Below are positions 39,601 through 50,502 of a DNA stretch of 64,000 nucleotides, one piece after another. The stretch comes from Amphiscolops sp. MND2022 (taxonomy: Eukaryota), in NCBI GenBank assembly GCA_964187785.1, contig OZ076412.1, positions 16,616,001 through 16,680,000 on the forward strand, written 5' to 3'. The stretch's first letter is position 1. Each line of letters opens with the position of its first letter. The notes below the pieces were generated by a model. The model made no database searches. It was not told the DNA's origin and saw only the letters and a program-made list of their open reading frames with translations. The translations under genes and the position numbers were made by a program.

Positions 39601-42600
39601 ATTTTCAATATCTTTTGAGAGATATTGAATTGCTCCCAAGAAGGATTTTTATTCTTTTTCGTTCTTTGGTATGCTTATCTTCATTATTGCTTCCAGTTTA
39701 TCTTGTAATGGTCGTATTCTTCGTTTGTCGATTTTATGGCCCACCCATTCAATCTCTCGTTTGACAAATTCGTACTTCTTGGGGTTTAATGAAAAAACGT
39801 CTGTTTAAATCTTATTGGTTCGATGAAATCCAATTCGATTTCTTGATTGGAATTTTCGGTTGGTGAAAAATAATTAACCTCTGTCATTGGTAATTGTGGC
39901 ATAATGCTCTTACCTGTCATTTTGCAGGGTAAACATTCGTCGCAATTTTGTTGGGTATCTTTGCTCATCCTTGGCTACCAAAATGGTTTTGCTGCGCGTG
40001 ACATCTTGTTGATCGAAGGAGGTCCTTTGTGAAGTAATGTAATTACAGTGCTTCTCAGACTTTTTGGCACTATTATTTTGTCATCGTAAAACATTACTTC
40101 AAATCGTGTCGATGTGTTTATGGTAAACTGTTTGTATTCGTCTGGGACTTGTCTTGTTGTTTTCCTTTCCAGGCAGACTGAAGTGTTTAGTAATTTGTCG
40201 TCGTTTGTTGTTTCCATAGCGATCATTTCTAAGTCTGCTGAAAAATTTTGTTCAGCCTGCCTTATCGTTTCTTCTTGGTTCCTTTCGTTGTTTTCTTGTA
40301 CGTGACTGGCTTGGCCAGTTGAATGTATCCGATTCCTGTTGCTCCCAGATACTTTTTGAAATTTATTGCAGGTACATCCATCGAGTTGTTTGAACTGCTG
40401 GATGTTGTTTCTTCGCTGTAATCCTACGTTTCTTCCACTTTCGCGTTTTCACTAGTCCCTTGTTCGTTTGTATTGTTTTGGATTGGTGTATTTCTGATTT
40501 TCGATCACTCTGAACAGTTCTTCTCGTCTGCTTTTTTCTTAAGGGATTTTTTTGATATGCCGTTCCATTTTCTTCCAGATGAGTCTATTTATTTCCTGGT
40601 GTATTTCCATTTCGATTCGTTTGATTTACATTTTGTGAAATTGTGGGAGGTTACATCTCTTCCATACGCCATTTTTCATTTTATAACCGTTCGATTTCAG
40701 TAATTTTTTCCATCTGGTGTTTCTGCTGTTGGATTTTCTCTTTCCAATTGTTCGATCTTTCTGTAATCCATCTTGATTTTGTTTTGTTTGGTAGCGTTAA
40801 TGTGTGAGACTTTCTGTTTAAATGATAGCAACTGACTGCGTTCGTTCGTTTTGTCGTGGCTTGACTTTGGTTTATTTTGCTATCAGTTCTCTGATTGGTC
40901 GGATTTCTGTTCACGCCTCTGAGTGGTCTGTTTTTTTGTCCTCGACTCGTTAATGCTGCCGTGATTATTGATGAACTCAAATAATGGTATTATGCAATTA
41001 ATTACGTACTCTTCGTCGTAAATATCTATTGGTTCTGGTTTTGCCAATGGATTTCTCCTCAAGAAAGCCGTTAGTCCCAGGTGTTTGCCGGCAACGTGTT
41101 TCGTTTCAATGTCAAAATGTGGTAATCTGTCTTACCAGCGTGTTAATCTTGCGCTATATGTTTTGTTTGATCTATTTCATTGTTTTATTGGTTCGAGCGC
41201 TTGATGATCTGTCAATAGTTCTATTGGTCGTCCATAAATGTGAAGTCTGAAATGCTCCAATCCCCGCACTATTGCGAGAAGCTCCAATTCGTTTATATCG
41301 TAATTCTTCCCGGTGTCCGATAAGAACCTACTTGCGTATCCGACTGGTTTTAAATTACCATCTTTCTGTCGTTGCCACAGTGTTACTCCCAATCTTTTCG
41401 TACAGGCATCAGTTGTTGAGATACTTCTGTTATTCACTTTATAATGTGCTAGACAGGGTTTATTCGGTATATGTTCTTTTAGCTTATTGAATGCGTTGAT
41501 GGACTCTTCCGTCCAGATCCATTTGTTTTGTTTCTTCAACAATTTTCGCAAAAGATCGGTGCTTGCGGATAAATTTTCAATGTAATTTGAGAGATATTGA
41601 ATTGCTTCCAAGAAGGTTTTAAATTCTTTTTCGATCTTTGGTATGCTTATCTTCGTTTTTGCTTCCAGTTTATCTTGTAATGGTCGTATTCCTCGTTTGT
41701 CGATTTTATGGCCCACCCATTCAATCTCTCGTTTGACAAATTCGCACTTCTTGGGGTTTAATCTGCATCCCGCGTTTTCGAGCTTTTTGGTTGTTTCCCT
41801 GACTTCTGCTTCGTGTTTCTTTACATCTCTTTCTGTTACTATTATCATGTCATCGAGCCAAGCCGGATGTTTATACTCCAGGGTTTTATCTATCCGTTCT
41901 TGAAAAATTGTTGGAATCTCCGCCAGACCGTAAAATCATTTCACGAAACGGTAGTAACCAGTGAATTCTCTGCCTGTAACGGTAAAAATGCATAAATTTC
42001 TCGTTTCTTTGTCCAAATTGATCTGTCCGTACGCCTAATCGAAATCTAATTTCGTTGCCAAGATTTCGCCGTCCTCTCCTTCTGATAGCTTTCTTGAAAT
42101 TCTTGATATTAATTTTTCCATGTTCGGCAATTGTGCTTTCCTTTTTATTGTTTACCTCGTATAGTTTTCGTGAATCCAATGCTATCTTAATTAATTTATT
42201 CTCCTGTACCGTTATTACTGCAGGATGCAGGAAGCAGTCTTCGGTTATTTCAGTTGCTCTTTCATTGTATCCGTTATCTATCGATCGTACCATTCTTTTG
42301 CCTTTTGTTCTTGTAAGTGTATTGGTATTGGTCGTCCTTTTTGTGGTATTATTTGTGCTCAGTTTTTTAGGTTGATTTTCACTGATATGTCTTTGATCTC
42401 TTTATTGTTGTAGAACAGATCCTTGAATTCATTTTTAGTTGAGCTGCTTTTCTTTCTTTCGATGTCATCCGCTTTTACGTTGTGTAATTGAATTTCACTG
42501 TTGATTGTATTGAGGTGTATTCCCAGCCCTTCGATCCAATCTAATCCCATCAACGGTGATGTTGTCTCTTTTGTTATTAGTAGTGGTAATTTGTTATCAT

Positions 42601-44071
42601 CTTGTTATTTTTTTCCACCGATGCTTCTGTTTGTCCAATAAATTCGATTTGATGATTATTTACTTCTCGATAAGTGGTTATTAATGGTTCCACTTCAGTT
42701 GTTTTGTTGCTTAAACAATACGGGATTAGTGTGACTGTTGATCCACTGTCTATAAGGAATTTGTTTGGTCTCTCGTTGACCAATAGTGTTGTATTATAGA
42801 AGACCTTCTTGTTTTTCCCGTTTATCTTCTGAGTTTTGTTCTAATCCCAATTGTCTTCTACTGCTGATGATGACTTTCTTTCGATGTGTTGTATTTCCTT
42901 CATTGATCTGCATATCTTTTGGTAATGTCCTCTTCTTTTGCAGTTCCCACATTCTGCGGATTTCGCTGGACAGTTGTGCATTCTTGGCCAGTTTGGTGCA
43001 CCGCACTGCCCGCATCTGTTATCTCTGTATTTTGCCTTTCGACTGTCCAGTTTTTTTGGGTCTTTCGTAACTGAATTTATCTGACCACTGATCTGAATAT
43101 TTCTTTTTTATTGCCGATCTTGAATGTGTGGTATTTCTTTACCATTGTTCGAGATCTTTGCTTCGTTTAGTCTGTCGTACATATACTCATGTATCAAGTC
43201 CGTAATTACGTAATTGTCTCGAAGGTCATGTCGCTTTTTCGCGTTTTCTTCTTCAATTCATAATCACCCGTTGAACTTCCGATCGATAGTGATAGAAGTT
43301 TTGAGGCGATTGATTCTGCGGGGGTAACGTTTTCGAAATCGCAATTCTTCTTTACCTGTAGGATTCTTGTCCAGACGTCTTCAGCCGTTCAATTTTCTGT
43401 CTTGAAATTCCAAAAAATCGGCTCGACTGTGGAACTTGTTGCGTTCTGGAATGAAATGTAGTCTGAATAGGGAATACAATAGGTTTATATCCATTCTGTT
43501 CGGATCATTATCTCGAACGGTCCGTGTCAACTTGGTAATTGCAGATTCGCCCTGTGCCCATATGAATAAAATTTTAATCCGTTCCTCGAGTTCTGTTCGA
43601 TATTGTTCCATTATTTCTCTCTCGGTGGTCACTATGTTCAGATCGATGTTTTGGGTGATCTTTATGTTTTGTGTAAGTTTGCGCCACACAGTTTGGCTTC
43701 GTGGATTCCGCTTTTTTCGAATGTGGGTAAGGTGATTTTCTGATGTGTTTTCTCGTTTTTTGTGGCTCCTCGATCCGAGCGTCTCCATTTGAAGAGCTTG
43801 TGCTCTCCAAATTTTTGTCATTTTCCATTGTTGTCCAATCTGACTGCGCCATGTTCTATACTAGGAAGTAAGGGAAAATCGGCTTGTAACAATGTATTGA
43901 TATCATGTTCTAATTACAACTGATTAAAGTCGAACGTATGCGTATGATAATAATAATATACATGTACAAGCAGTAGTGAAACTCAAGAGCTGACAGGTAC
44001 TTTACTGTCTAAGCTTAATGTTGACCTCTGATGATCTGAACTTAAATTGTGACGTATTACATAATGTCACA
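36105..44071 (-). mobile_element. Gypsy family 3, full length but decayed, inserted in a Gypsy 2 LTR
   Basis: LTRs 43852-44071 and 36105-36329; PBS TGGCGCAGTCAG; PPT AAGGGGGGAG; TSD ACTGG/ACTAG; gag knuckle CGNCKRRGHYQKIC; FLIDSGS; IALDSRKL; TTDACTK; ELDFIEP. Confidence 0.9.
37800..41761 (-). repeat. ~2-kb internal tandem duplication within Gypsy 3 pol
   Basis: 37800-39789 is repeated at 39790-41761; junction CTTGGGGTTTAAT|GAAAAAACG. Confidence 0.92.
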
Positions 44072-44560
44072 CCAGTCATCTGTAACGCGTATTGGAACTC
44101 TGCATTCTTCAATCGTTTAGAACCGGACCTCGAAACCAATGAAATTAGAATGGCTTCTTCGGTAGCAAACGGTAGTTGTTTACCAAATAACAACAAGTGA
44201 CGATGTCGTCACCACATCAGCTCTTTTATGTGACTCAGTGAATCCTACTTGATACATCTGAGTTCGTGTTCGTAGTCGCTTCGGTCTTTCATTGGTTGCT
44301 GCGGCATGCTCTTCGGTAAGCACCGGACTCAAGCTATCAGTGTTGTTAGTCTCCGGGATAACTGGATCTTGAATAGTATCATGTCCAATGTTCGATTAAG
44401 GCTCCATTTTCACTACGTCGGTGATGTCGTCACAGAAAGTAGGTTGAAAACACCACGCTTTTGTCGAACTTTGGTAGAACATAAATCACCTTTCGGCATG
44501 GGAGAAACGGACTTCTACGTCTAAGAGTAACCGAACTTTCATCACCAAATGTTATATTAC
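44072..44560 (-). mobile_element. Left part of Gypsy 2 LTR preceded by a truncated Gypsy 2 3' internal region
   Basis: Minus strand AAAAGAGCTGA|TGTGGTGAC and GACGTAGTGAAAATGGAGCC match 19110-19320. Confidence 0.7.
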
Positions 44561-46884
44561 GAGTCTCAGAAAATTGTTCATCGTTGATAACAGAGATTTA
44601 TTATTTTTGTTGCTCTGAAATATTTAGAAAAATTAAATTTTATTCTCAAGGGTTCAAACAAGAAGCGTGGCAATACCTATTTTGCGTCCCTATTTGATGT
44701 TTTTGCTCATGTTTCAAATATCTTTAACCGTCAATTTTGTAAAAATTATATCCAATGAAATAAAAGCTTATGTAGTTTTATGTCATGTTATGCTGTTCGA
44801 GATAACTAAATTAAGAAAAAACTTCAGCATTCTGAACATCCTAAAGCAACATACCAGCGTTGTCCTTGCCATGAGAAATGTTGATGATACATATATGTGA
44901 TTGTGTTTGTTGTTCTAACAGCGACACAGGTGCTTGAAACTGGACCTCAACTCTTTGAACCATTTTGGAGCCAAAAACTTTGATTAAAGCCGGACCTAAA
45001 TATATACTCGTTTTAAAAAGTGTCTCCTTTCTTCTCAACTACCAGTCAATTAATTTTTGATGAGGTGGTTCTAAAATCGATACGATTCTATTCAAAAGTA
45101 CAAAACTATTGTACATGTATGTTCATAGCAAGTTTCGTGCTCAGAATTAATTGCTCTCAAAAACATCGATGTAAAAACTATCTCAGACGATACTTCATGA
45201 TTGTATATACACTCCATTTTTAACGTCTCGTCTACAATATTAAACAACGCAATAGTAGTTAGATAGATACTGAATTGTGCTTCATATTGTGAAAATCATG
45301 TGGTTTCGTTAATAGTTCATTATCTAGAACAAATACAAAAACACTCTCAATTTTATTTTTAATTTCAATTTTATCGGATTTTAAATTTGAAATCTGCAAT
45401 TGAGTTATCGAGTTATTTTACAAGCCAGTTTCCATGTCTCAAGGTATTTTTTTTGTTAATCATGAAAGAAAAATCGAAAACGTTTGGGGCAAGTAAAACA
45501 TAACACTCCAATGAAAGACAAACTCTTAACAATACTCTTTGAAAAGCTTGGAGTTTGAAAAATCCCATCAGGCACCGACATAGTAAAGTAAAACTGTTCA
45601 TCCCATGCAGACTCCGCGGAACTAGGGAAACCTTCTTCTGCTTCTACTTAATTTTCGACAATTTTATGCAACTTTAGTTAATAATTTTTGGAATTTTTTA
45701 GATTTCAGTATTCACAGAACCCAACAACTCAAAAAAAAAGAAAAAAATAGACCAAAGTGTTCAAAATCCTCGAACTTCATTAGCTTTTCGACAGTGCGAG
45801 GGTTTTCGACTGCGTTGGAGCCTTAATAAATCGCTGTGGCTGCTATAATTTGGCTCGGAAATATAATTCGACGCCTTGCTAGACAAAACAAATTGTCACT
45901 GATTCGAGTCAGACCGTTTTTGGGCAAAAATTGGTGTTTATGATACTATAGGACAGACCCAGTTTTCCTGTCTAACCCTGGTCGAAGTTGCCGCGAAGTT
46001 TTACATGCACCTTCAAAAAATGCCGGCCAATTTTTTATAAAACATGGAAAATTCAGGGACCATGCCTGAAAAAATTTTGTAAAATTACCAGGCAACTTGG
46101 AAAATGCTGGCAGCATTTCAAGGTGTTTTTAAAAAATTTCCCTGCAACCTATAAAACAATTTTTAAAAAATCCATGTAGTTTTACTCAAAAAACTCGACA
46201 AAAAACTCTGAAAACGACCTTTCAATTTGAACTCAATTCTCATTCTGACGAAGTCTAATTTCTTCATTTCTAATGTTCTTGTAAAAAAATCAATAAGAAT
46301 GAAACTGAATTAAACTCAATCAAAATATACAAAATTGAGTCACAATATACAAAATTATTGGCTCTTTTCTGTCCCAATCTTTTTTCAAGTTAAACTTAAG
46401 TTAGTTTCTAGCCGTAGATTGTACTCCTTTTGATGGATGCTACTGTCATTTTTGTGACTATTAGAAATCAGGTAAAAATAGCAAGAATGTTTAGTACTTG
46501 GAACTATGAGGATATATAAATATACAGATAATTGAACTTTTTTTGAGAAAAGTGTCTTTTCAAAAAGTTCGAAAAAGAGCGCTAGGAAAAATTATGTTTT
46601 TTAACTAATTGAATGCAGAAATAATCGGAATTTTTGTATTCGAAACAAAGTGCTCAAAATACACCAAAAGGTAAAACATTTTTGCAATTTTTGTGCAAGT
46701 TGAGCAAACTTTAGTTGGAAAGAATCTTCGGTGTTTTGTCTACTCTCTAGCCTCGAAAACAAGTTGTTGTTAAAATCTTTTATGGTTTAAAATATCCATG
46801 AGTTGAGAGGGCGTGTTTCTTATAGAAAAAATTGGTTGCATTTCAGGCAACCGAAAAGGCGCGAAATCATCGAAAGCGTCGACC

Positions 46885-47086
46885 ATGTCCGATGATGACA
46901 GTCAGAAAATCATCTCAAGTCTGACCCCTGATCAAATTGCAGAGTTCAAAGAGGCCTTTGACCTTTTCGATGTGAGTGGCAATGGGGCCATCGGCTTTGA
47001 GGAGCTACAGACATGTTTGACCTCCATGGGGTTCTCCCCTGACCCCGCAGAGATCAAAGCTATGATTGACGAAGTCGACGAGTCAG
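46885..47086 (+). CDS. Calmodulin/troponin-C-like EF-hand protein, first coding exon
   Basis: MSDDD..LTPDQIAEFKEAFDLFDVSGNGAIGFEELQTCLTSMGFSPDPAEIKAMIDEVDESG; acceptor TTTCAG at 46846; donor GTCAGT at 47087 inside EF-loop 2, a position that also carries an intron in calmodulin genes. Downstream exons not found. Confidence 0.85.
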
Positions 47087-47457
47087 GTCAGTGGCAAAAT
47101 TTTATCAAAATTCATGCCTAAATTTTATCTGAACATGAATGATTCTTGCAAAATTTTGATGCATTAACCGCTGCACTGTTAAGCATCTTGAATGACGAGA
47201 GAAGTTTAGAATGAATGGATAATTGCTAAAAATCATTTTTGCATGTGTTTGTTGTTCTATTTTAATATCCAGTGAAGTGAAACAATTCTTTAAAAAGTTT
47301 TTACAGTAAGTCTAATTTTGATGTATTTTTCTCCACTCATTTTCTACCAGTTGCCATGATTTGCTTTTTGCCTCAACAAATGAAGAAACCTTTAATGATT
47401 TGCAAAGTTGTACAGTTTCTCATTATGAATTAGTTATCACTTGGAAATCATTACCAA

Positions 47458-48154
47458 TATAGCGGACAGCAAACAGGAAATGAATTTTTTAATACATGTG
47501 AGACTTCATACACGTTACATATACACATCTATATATTGAAAAATATTAACAGCGTTGCTTAATATACATTGTAACAATTGTTGTGCACATTTTACTTTTT
47601 TTAAAATATTTTACAAACAATTATCCAGGCAGTTCCAGGCAGTGTGCATTTTAAAAAAGCCTTGTGGTCGTTTCTAAAAATTCAGCTGCCTTGCAGTAAT
47701 AAATATTTTGTTGAGTCTGATTCAGCTTCCCAATTGTTCAGCCGCCCCCTTATTTCAGCTGCCCCTTATTTAAAGCTGCTCTTATTATTTTATGCGCCCA
47801 ATTCAGCTGCTCCTTTATTAACATTCATCAAAAGCCCCACTCTTACCCAGTGCAGGATTAATTATTTATTCGTTTCTTGCACCTGCAGAAGTATCTTCAG
47901 AAACCGAAAACTATCACAGCCATAACATCATCCATCAAGCCAAATGTAAGTTGCTGTGTGTTACTTAATAATTTTGGTCAGTAAATATCGTTCTTTAAAA
48001 TTGAGTTTTCATTTTCTTATAGACTTTTTTTTGTTCTTTTTTTAGAAATATCCACTAGTCACTTTTAAAAACAAAATATATCCATTTACCCCAACAATCG
48101 CCCTGCGCATCGAAACTTGAAACGAATTCAAATCTAGTAAAAAGCGATTGTTAA
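47458..48154 (+). repeat. 5' LTR (697 bp)
   Basis: Direct repeat of 59355-60051; 2 mismatches seen (GTGTG/GTTTG; AAACTT/AAAGTT). Confidence 0.97.
47946..47951 (+). promoter_or_regulatory. Splice donor GTAAGT in the LTR, preceded by AT
   Basis: Perfect consensus donor: CCAAAT|GTAAGT. Confidence 0.65.
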
Positions 48155-48156
48155 AA

Positions 48157-48174
48157 TGGTGACAAGGGTGGGAT
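48157..48174 (+). promoter_or_regulatory. Primer binding site (18 nt, tRNA-Leu-like 3' end)
   Basis: TGGTGACAAGGGTGGGAT = reverse complement of ATCCCACCCTTGTCACCA; 2 nt after the LTR. The tRNA identity is an inference. Confidence 0.85.
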
Positions 48175-48561
48175 ATTTGTAAAAAGAGAAGTTTTTTTTA
48201 CAAAAAAACAATAAAGTAACTTAGAACCCCCATCAAAACATTCTTAGTCCTAGACCCGATCCAAAAATTTTTTTTGAAATGTGCCATTTCCTGGTTCGCC
48301 AGTGTTGCCCATAAGATTCCCAATCCGGACATGGTCCGTGCCTAGTTTTCCAGCTCAATGCTGTGACTTTCCGCTTCGGCGTGTCTCAGGCTTTAAAATG
48401 GCACATTTGACCCAATGCCCTTAAGTTTTAAGAAGTTACACGGTAAGTGCTTGTCATAAAACAAACAGTAGCCAATTTTTTGTAACATTTCTATCAAAAT
48501 AGTTCCGTTTTCTTTTTGATAACCTAAATTTTATTAACCGCCGCGAGTTTTTTTTGTTGAT

Positions 48562-48831
48562 ATGCCTTGTGCTCACAATACGCATTCTCACCTACCGTTG
48601 TACGTTTTTCCCCAACGACCGCTTCGACCATCAAGTCCTCCGCCCTCTTACAGCGAAACACGTGAAAGACCGATATTCACGCCCTGTTTTTTAAGTTTTC
48701 TACTCTTGATCCTCTGTTTTGCGCTTCTCTTGACCGTTTTAGCCCTTTGTGCGATGTCGTACGAAATCAACAAGATAAATATAACTTGTAAAGCACTTCA
48801 AACCCAAAGAGTGGACTATACGTCTCTGTAG
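48562..48831 (+). CDS. Leader ORF-a, 89 aa, PPxY motif plus single transmembrane segment
   Basis: ATG start; PPPSY; FLSFLLLILCFALLLTVLALCAM; NIT sequon after the TM. Confidence 0.45.
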   Translation: MPCAHNTHSHLPLYVFPQRPLRPSSPPPSYSETRERPIFTPCFLSFLLLILCFALLLTVLALCAMSYEINKINITCKALQTQRVDYTSL

Positions 48832-48841
48832 GAGCGGCCTA

Positions 48842-49240
48842 ATGTATACTTTTAGCATACCTGTTTCCGTTTTGTCAAACACACCGCCTCAAAACTTCGT
48901 TATTCCTTGCTACTTCTGCCAAGTGAAACTTTTCAAAATTCCATTATCGCATCAACCAGAACGTCGTTTTACGGCACATGAACTGTCGATTCATTTGCGT
49001 CTTGAGGCTATCCACAATTGGCAACATCGAAACGTTTGTTCAACTTTCCCGTATGGTCGTGTTGATAACAATGCAAGTGTAAAAGCTTCCTGTGCGTCCT
49101 TTTTCCCTCAATTATCCAATATTTGGGCTTCTCATATTCAATTTCTAGCAATACACGTAACGAATCCATTCTATTTGGTCTATCCCGACTGCAAACCACC
49201 TAGTCTCAATTTTGGTCCGCTGCGAATGGATCGCATGTGA
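48842..49240 (+). CDS. Leader ORF-b, 132 aa, unknown
   Basis: ATG 10 nt after the ORF-a stop; ends just before the gag ATG; Cys/His-containing (CYFC). Confidence 0.35.
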   Translation: MYTFSIPVSVLSNTPPQNFVIPCYFCQVKLFKIPLSHQPERRFTAHELSIHLRLEAIHNWQHRNVCSTFPYGRVDNNASVKASCASFFPQLSNIWASHIQFLAIHVTNPFYLVYPDCKPPSLNFGPLRMDRM

Positions 49241-49281
49241 AACGTTCTAGACCTAACGTAGACTTTAAGCGTTCAAATACA

Positions 49282-50502
49282 ATGAGCACTCAACCAAGCA
49301 CCCCCACAACGGCCACCTCGACAGCGGTAACCAATACCACTACAACCCCAGTTACTAGTGGTGGTGCAAGTAGCTCCCAAGCACCAGCACAAGCACCTAC
49401 CGTGGGTTCTACAACTCCTAACACTAGTACAACCCCAACAGCTTCCTTTTTCACTCTGCCTGGCGGTAGACAAAACCCAACAAGTGTTCCATACATAGCC
49501 CCGCTTCCGTCATGTCTGATGCCAGAGTCTTTCACAGGAAAAGGTGATTTCGAAGATTACCTGCAACAATTTAACACAGCAGCACTTCTCTCAGGCTGGT
49601 ATTCGAACGCACACGATAACAGACCACATTATTTTGCGTTGCGATTGAGAGAAAATGCTTTGCATTTCTACACTACGTTGTCTCCATCACAACAAACTAA
49701 CTTCGATATGCTCGTTGACGCGTTCCGCCAGAATTACACAACTAATGGCGATATTCTGAAAGCAAGATTGAAAGCCGCGAAGCAGCAACCCAACCAAGAT
49801 ATTTCATCTTTCCTATGTGACGTTCGGACGCTGGCGCGTCGTGCATATCGAGATCATCCTGCTATGATTGATCCGGTAGTTCTGACGTGCTTCATTGAAG
49901 GGTTAAGCGACAAAACGCTTCGATGGGAGCTCCGAAAAGCCAAGCTAGCCACAGCGGATGATGCTTTGTCCTTGGCTATGGAGCTGAATTCGTTCCTGGA
50001 GATTGAGAACGGAAACCCCCAAGCCGCTCAAACAGTTAACCGAGTTAGTACTTCTTCTGAAGCGGAGCCATCAGCGTCCAAAATTATGGCTGATTTTGTT
50101 CGATCATTACAAACTGAACTTCAGTCGTCAACGTATCGGTCCAATAATGATTTCCATCAACGAGGAGACACAAAATCATCAAACAGAAATGATCACTCGA
50201 GATCGCAGAGTAATGATTCCAATCGGAGTGGCCAGTCAGTACGATTTCAGTCGTCACAAGGACGCGAACGACCAAATAACGCAGGCAGATCTGACAAAAC
50301 ACAAAAACAACAGTATCGCCAAGATTCCCCCCATCCCAAGAAACAAGGCAACAATAACAACACGCAAAACAATCGGAAGCCGTGCGAGCGTTGCACACGC
50401 AAAAATCATACAACGAAGGAGTGCAAAGCTTGTTTCAATTGTTTGAGAGTCGGTCATTTCCAGAATGAATGCAAGGCTCCCAAAAGGGAACATTTAAACT
50501 AG
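49282..50502 (+). CDS. gag: Gag with capsid-like core and two CCHC zinc knuckles
   Basis: PESFTGKGDFEDYLQQF..W; CERCTRKNHTTKEC and CFNCLRVGHFQNEC; first ATG at 49282. Confidence 0.95.
   Translation: MSTQPSTPTTATSTAVTNTTTTPVTSGGASSSQAPAQAPTVGSTTPNTSTTPTASFFTLPGGRQNPTSVPYIAPLPSCLMPESFTGKGDFEDYLQQFNTAALLSGWYSNAHDNRPHYFALRLRENALHFYTTLSPSQQTNFDMLVDAFRQNYTTNGDILKARLKAAKQQPNQDISSFLCDVRTLARRAYRDHPAMIDPVVLTCFIEGLSDKTLRWELRKAKLATADDALSLAMELNSFLEIENGNPQAAQTVNRVSTSSEAEPSASKIMADFVRSLQTELQSSTYRSNNDFHQRGDTKSSNRNDHSRSQSNDSNRSGQSVRFQSSQGRERPNNAGRSDKTQKQQYRQDSPHPKKQGNNNNTQNNRKPCERCTRKNHTTKECKACFNCLRVGHFQNECKAPKREHLN

Noticed and set aside
45960-46190. MITE-like imperfect palindrome
   Set aside because: Only loose AT-rich self-complementarity; no clear TIR or TSD.
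46813-47121. Single-exon 102-aa EF-hand gene as given by the ORF track
   Set aside because: The start is upstream of the acceptor and non-ATG; similarity stops at the GT donor at 47087, so the tail is intron read-through.
47644-47925. 93-aa ORF duplicated at 59541-59822 as a gene pair
   Set aside because: It is LTR sequence with a non-ATG start and no recognisable motifs.
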